The position numbers and the translations under genes were made by a program. Source: Savitreella phatthalungensis (Eukaryota). From it: DNA of 64,000 nt. How positions within the stretch are numbered: the stretch's first letter is position 1; every line of letters begins with the position of its first letter. The notes beneath the pieces are model-generated. The model was not told the DNA's origin. It did no database searches and saw only the letters and a program-made list of their open reading frames with translations. Shown piece after piece: positions 63,159 to 64,000 of the stretch. Location of the stretch: contig AP039690.1 in NCBI GenBank assembly GCA_051599415.1, forward strand, positions 248,001-312,000. Reading direction: 5' to 3'.

Positions 63159-63254
63159 AACCCTAACCCTAACCCTAACCCTAACCCTAACCCTAACCCT
63201 AACCCTAACCCTAACCCTAACCCTAACCCTAACCCTAACCCTAACCCTAACCCT
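63159..63254 (-). repeat. Telomere (CCCTAA)15 of a second chromosome end
   Basis: Perfect CCCTAA repeats starting right after the barcode flank. Confidence 0.93.
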
Positions 63255-64000
63255 CAAAAACTAACCGCCGTCAAACTATCCAATGCCCCAACCCTTGCTC
63301 TGCTTTGCTCGCTTGCTTGCTTGCTCGCTTGCTCGCTTGCTTGCTAACCTTGTTTCTCTGCTCATGCCTGCTGCCTTGCTACACCTCACTTGTCCGCACG
63401 CATACGCGCCTGCTGGTCTTAAACATCATCATCATCTTGCTGTCGTCTTGGTGCTCCTCTGTGCTGCTCCTCTCTCTGCTGTACTCCTGCTCTCAACACC
63501 CCATCTGTCTGACACTCTTCTTCCTGTTTACCTGAAACATCCCATGCCATTTACTCCCCACATTCCGACTGTTATCCGCTCTGTCACCTGTTTCATCTGC
63601 AACTGCACCATCTCCTGCCAAATGCCGTCACATGCATGTCACCTGTCACACTCTCTTACCTGCATGTCGCCTGTCAAATGCTGTTACCTGCACTGCCACC
63701 TGTCAAACATCTTTATCTTTACCTGCAACACAGCTGTCAACCGCCTATACCTGCAACACATCTGTCAAATGCCATTACCTGCACCATCATCTGGCAAATG
63801 CTGTTGCCTGCACCGTCACCTGACCCACCGCCCCGCTCTGTGACCCAACATTTGTCAAACCCTTGATCTGCCAATTGCTGTTCACCTGTCATCTACTGTT
63901 TTCTGTTTCTGTCACTCACTGTTGCCTGCACTGTCCCCTGTTTCATCACTTCACTGCCATCTGTCAAATGCTGTCATCTGTTAAACACTGCAACATCACT
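63251..64000 (+). repeat. Telomere-adjacent sequence, copy B (continues off the window)
   Basis: Diverged paralog of 58482-59209; pyrimidine-rich, with degenerate internal CTGTCAAATGCTGTTACCTGCAC repeats. Confidence 0.9.

Noticed and set aside
63053..63254. Genuine end-to-end chromosome fusion
   Set aside because: The linker matches the Nanopore adapter tail, barcode flanks and barcode NB06.
58482..64000. TAS copies A and B as terminal inverted repeats of one large transposon
   Set aside because: Copy B lies beyond the adapter junction and belongs to a different molecule.

Overview
This is a gene-dense, intron-poor ascomycete chromosome arm; Taphrinomycotina is plausible from gene style but is only an inference. 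Positions 1-55.2 kb hold about 27 mostly housekeeping genes, including NDUFA5, ARC35, DIP2, OXP1, PHO84, ALG6, MTD1, REG1, DNM1, PTA1, VPS10, MPD1, TVP23, VTA1 and KEX2. One gene is an unusual GT8 glycosyltransferase-glutaredoxin fusion. After KEX2 comes a CpG-depleted subtelomere, then a telomere-adjacent sequence (TAS) ending in a degenerate relic telomere (59210-59269). Beyond that relic lies a ~3.8-kb appended cassette: a phased GGCGCCGTTTGTC satellite, a 32-bp minisatellite and a 5'-truncated RecQ telomere-linked helicase capped by (TTAGGG)9. The apparent head-to-head telomere fusion at ~63.1 kb is an artefact. Its linker is the Oxford Nanopore adapter tail plus native barcode NB06, so 63159-64000 belongs to a different chromosome end carrying a paralogous TAS.
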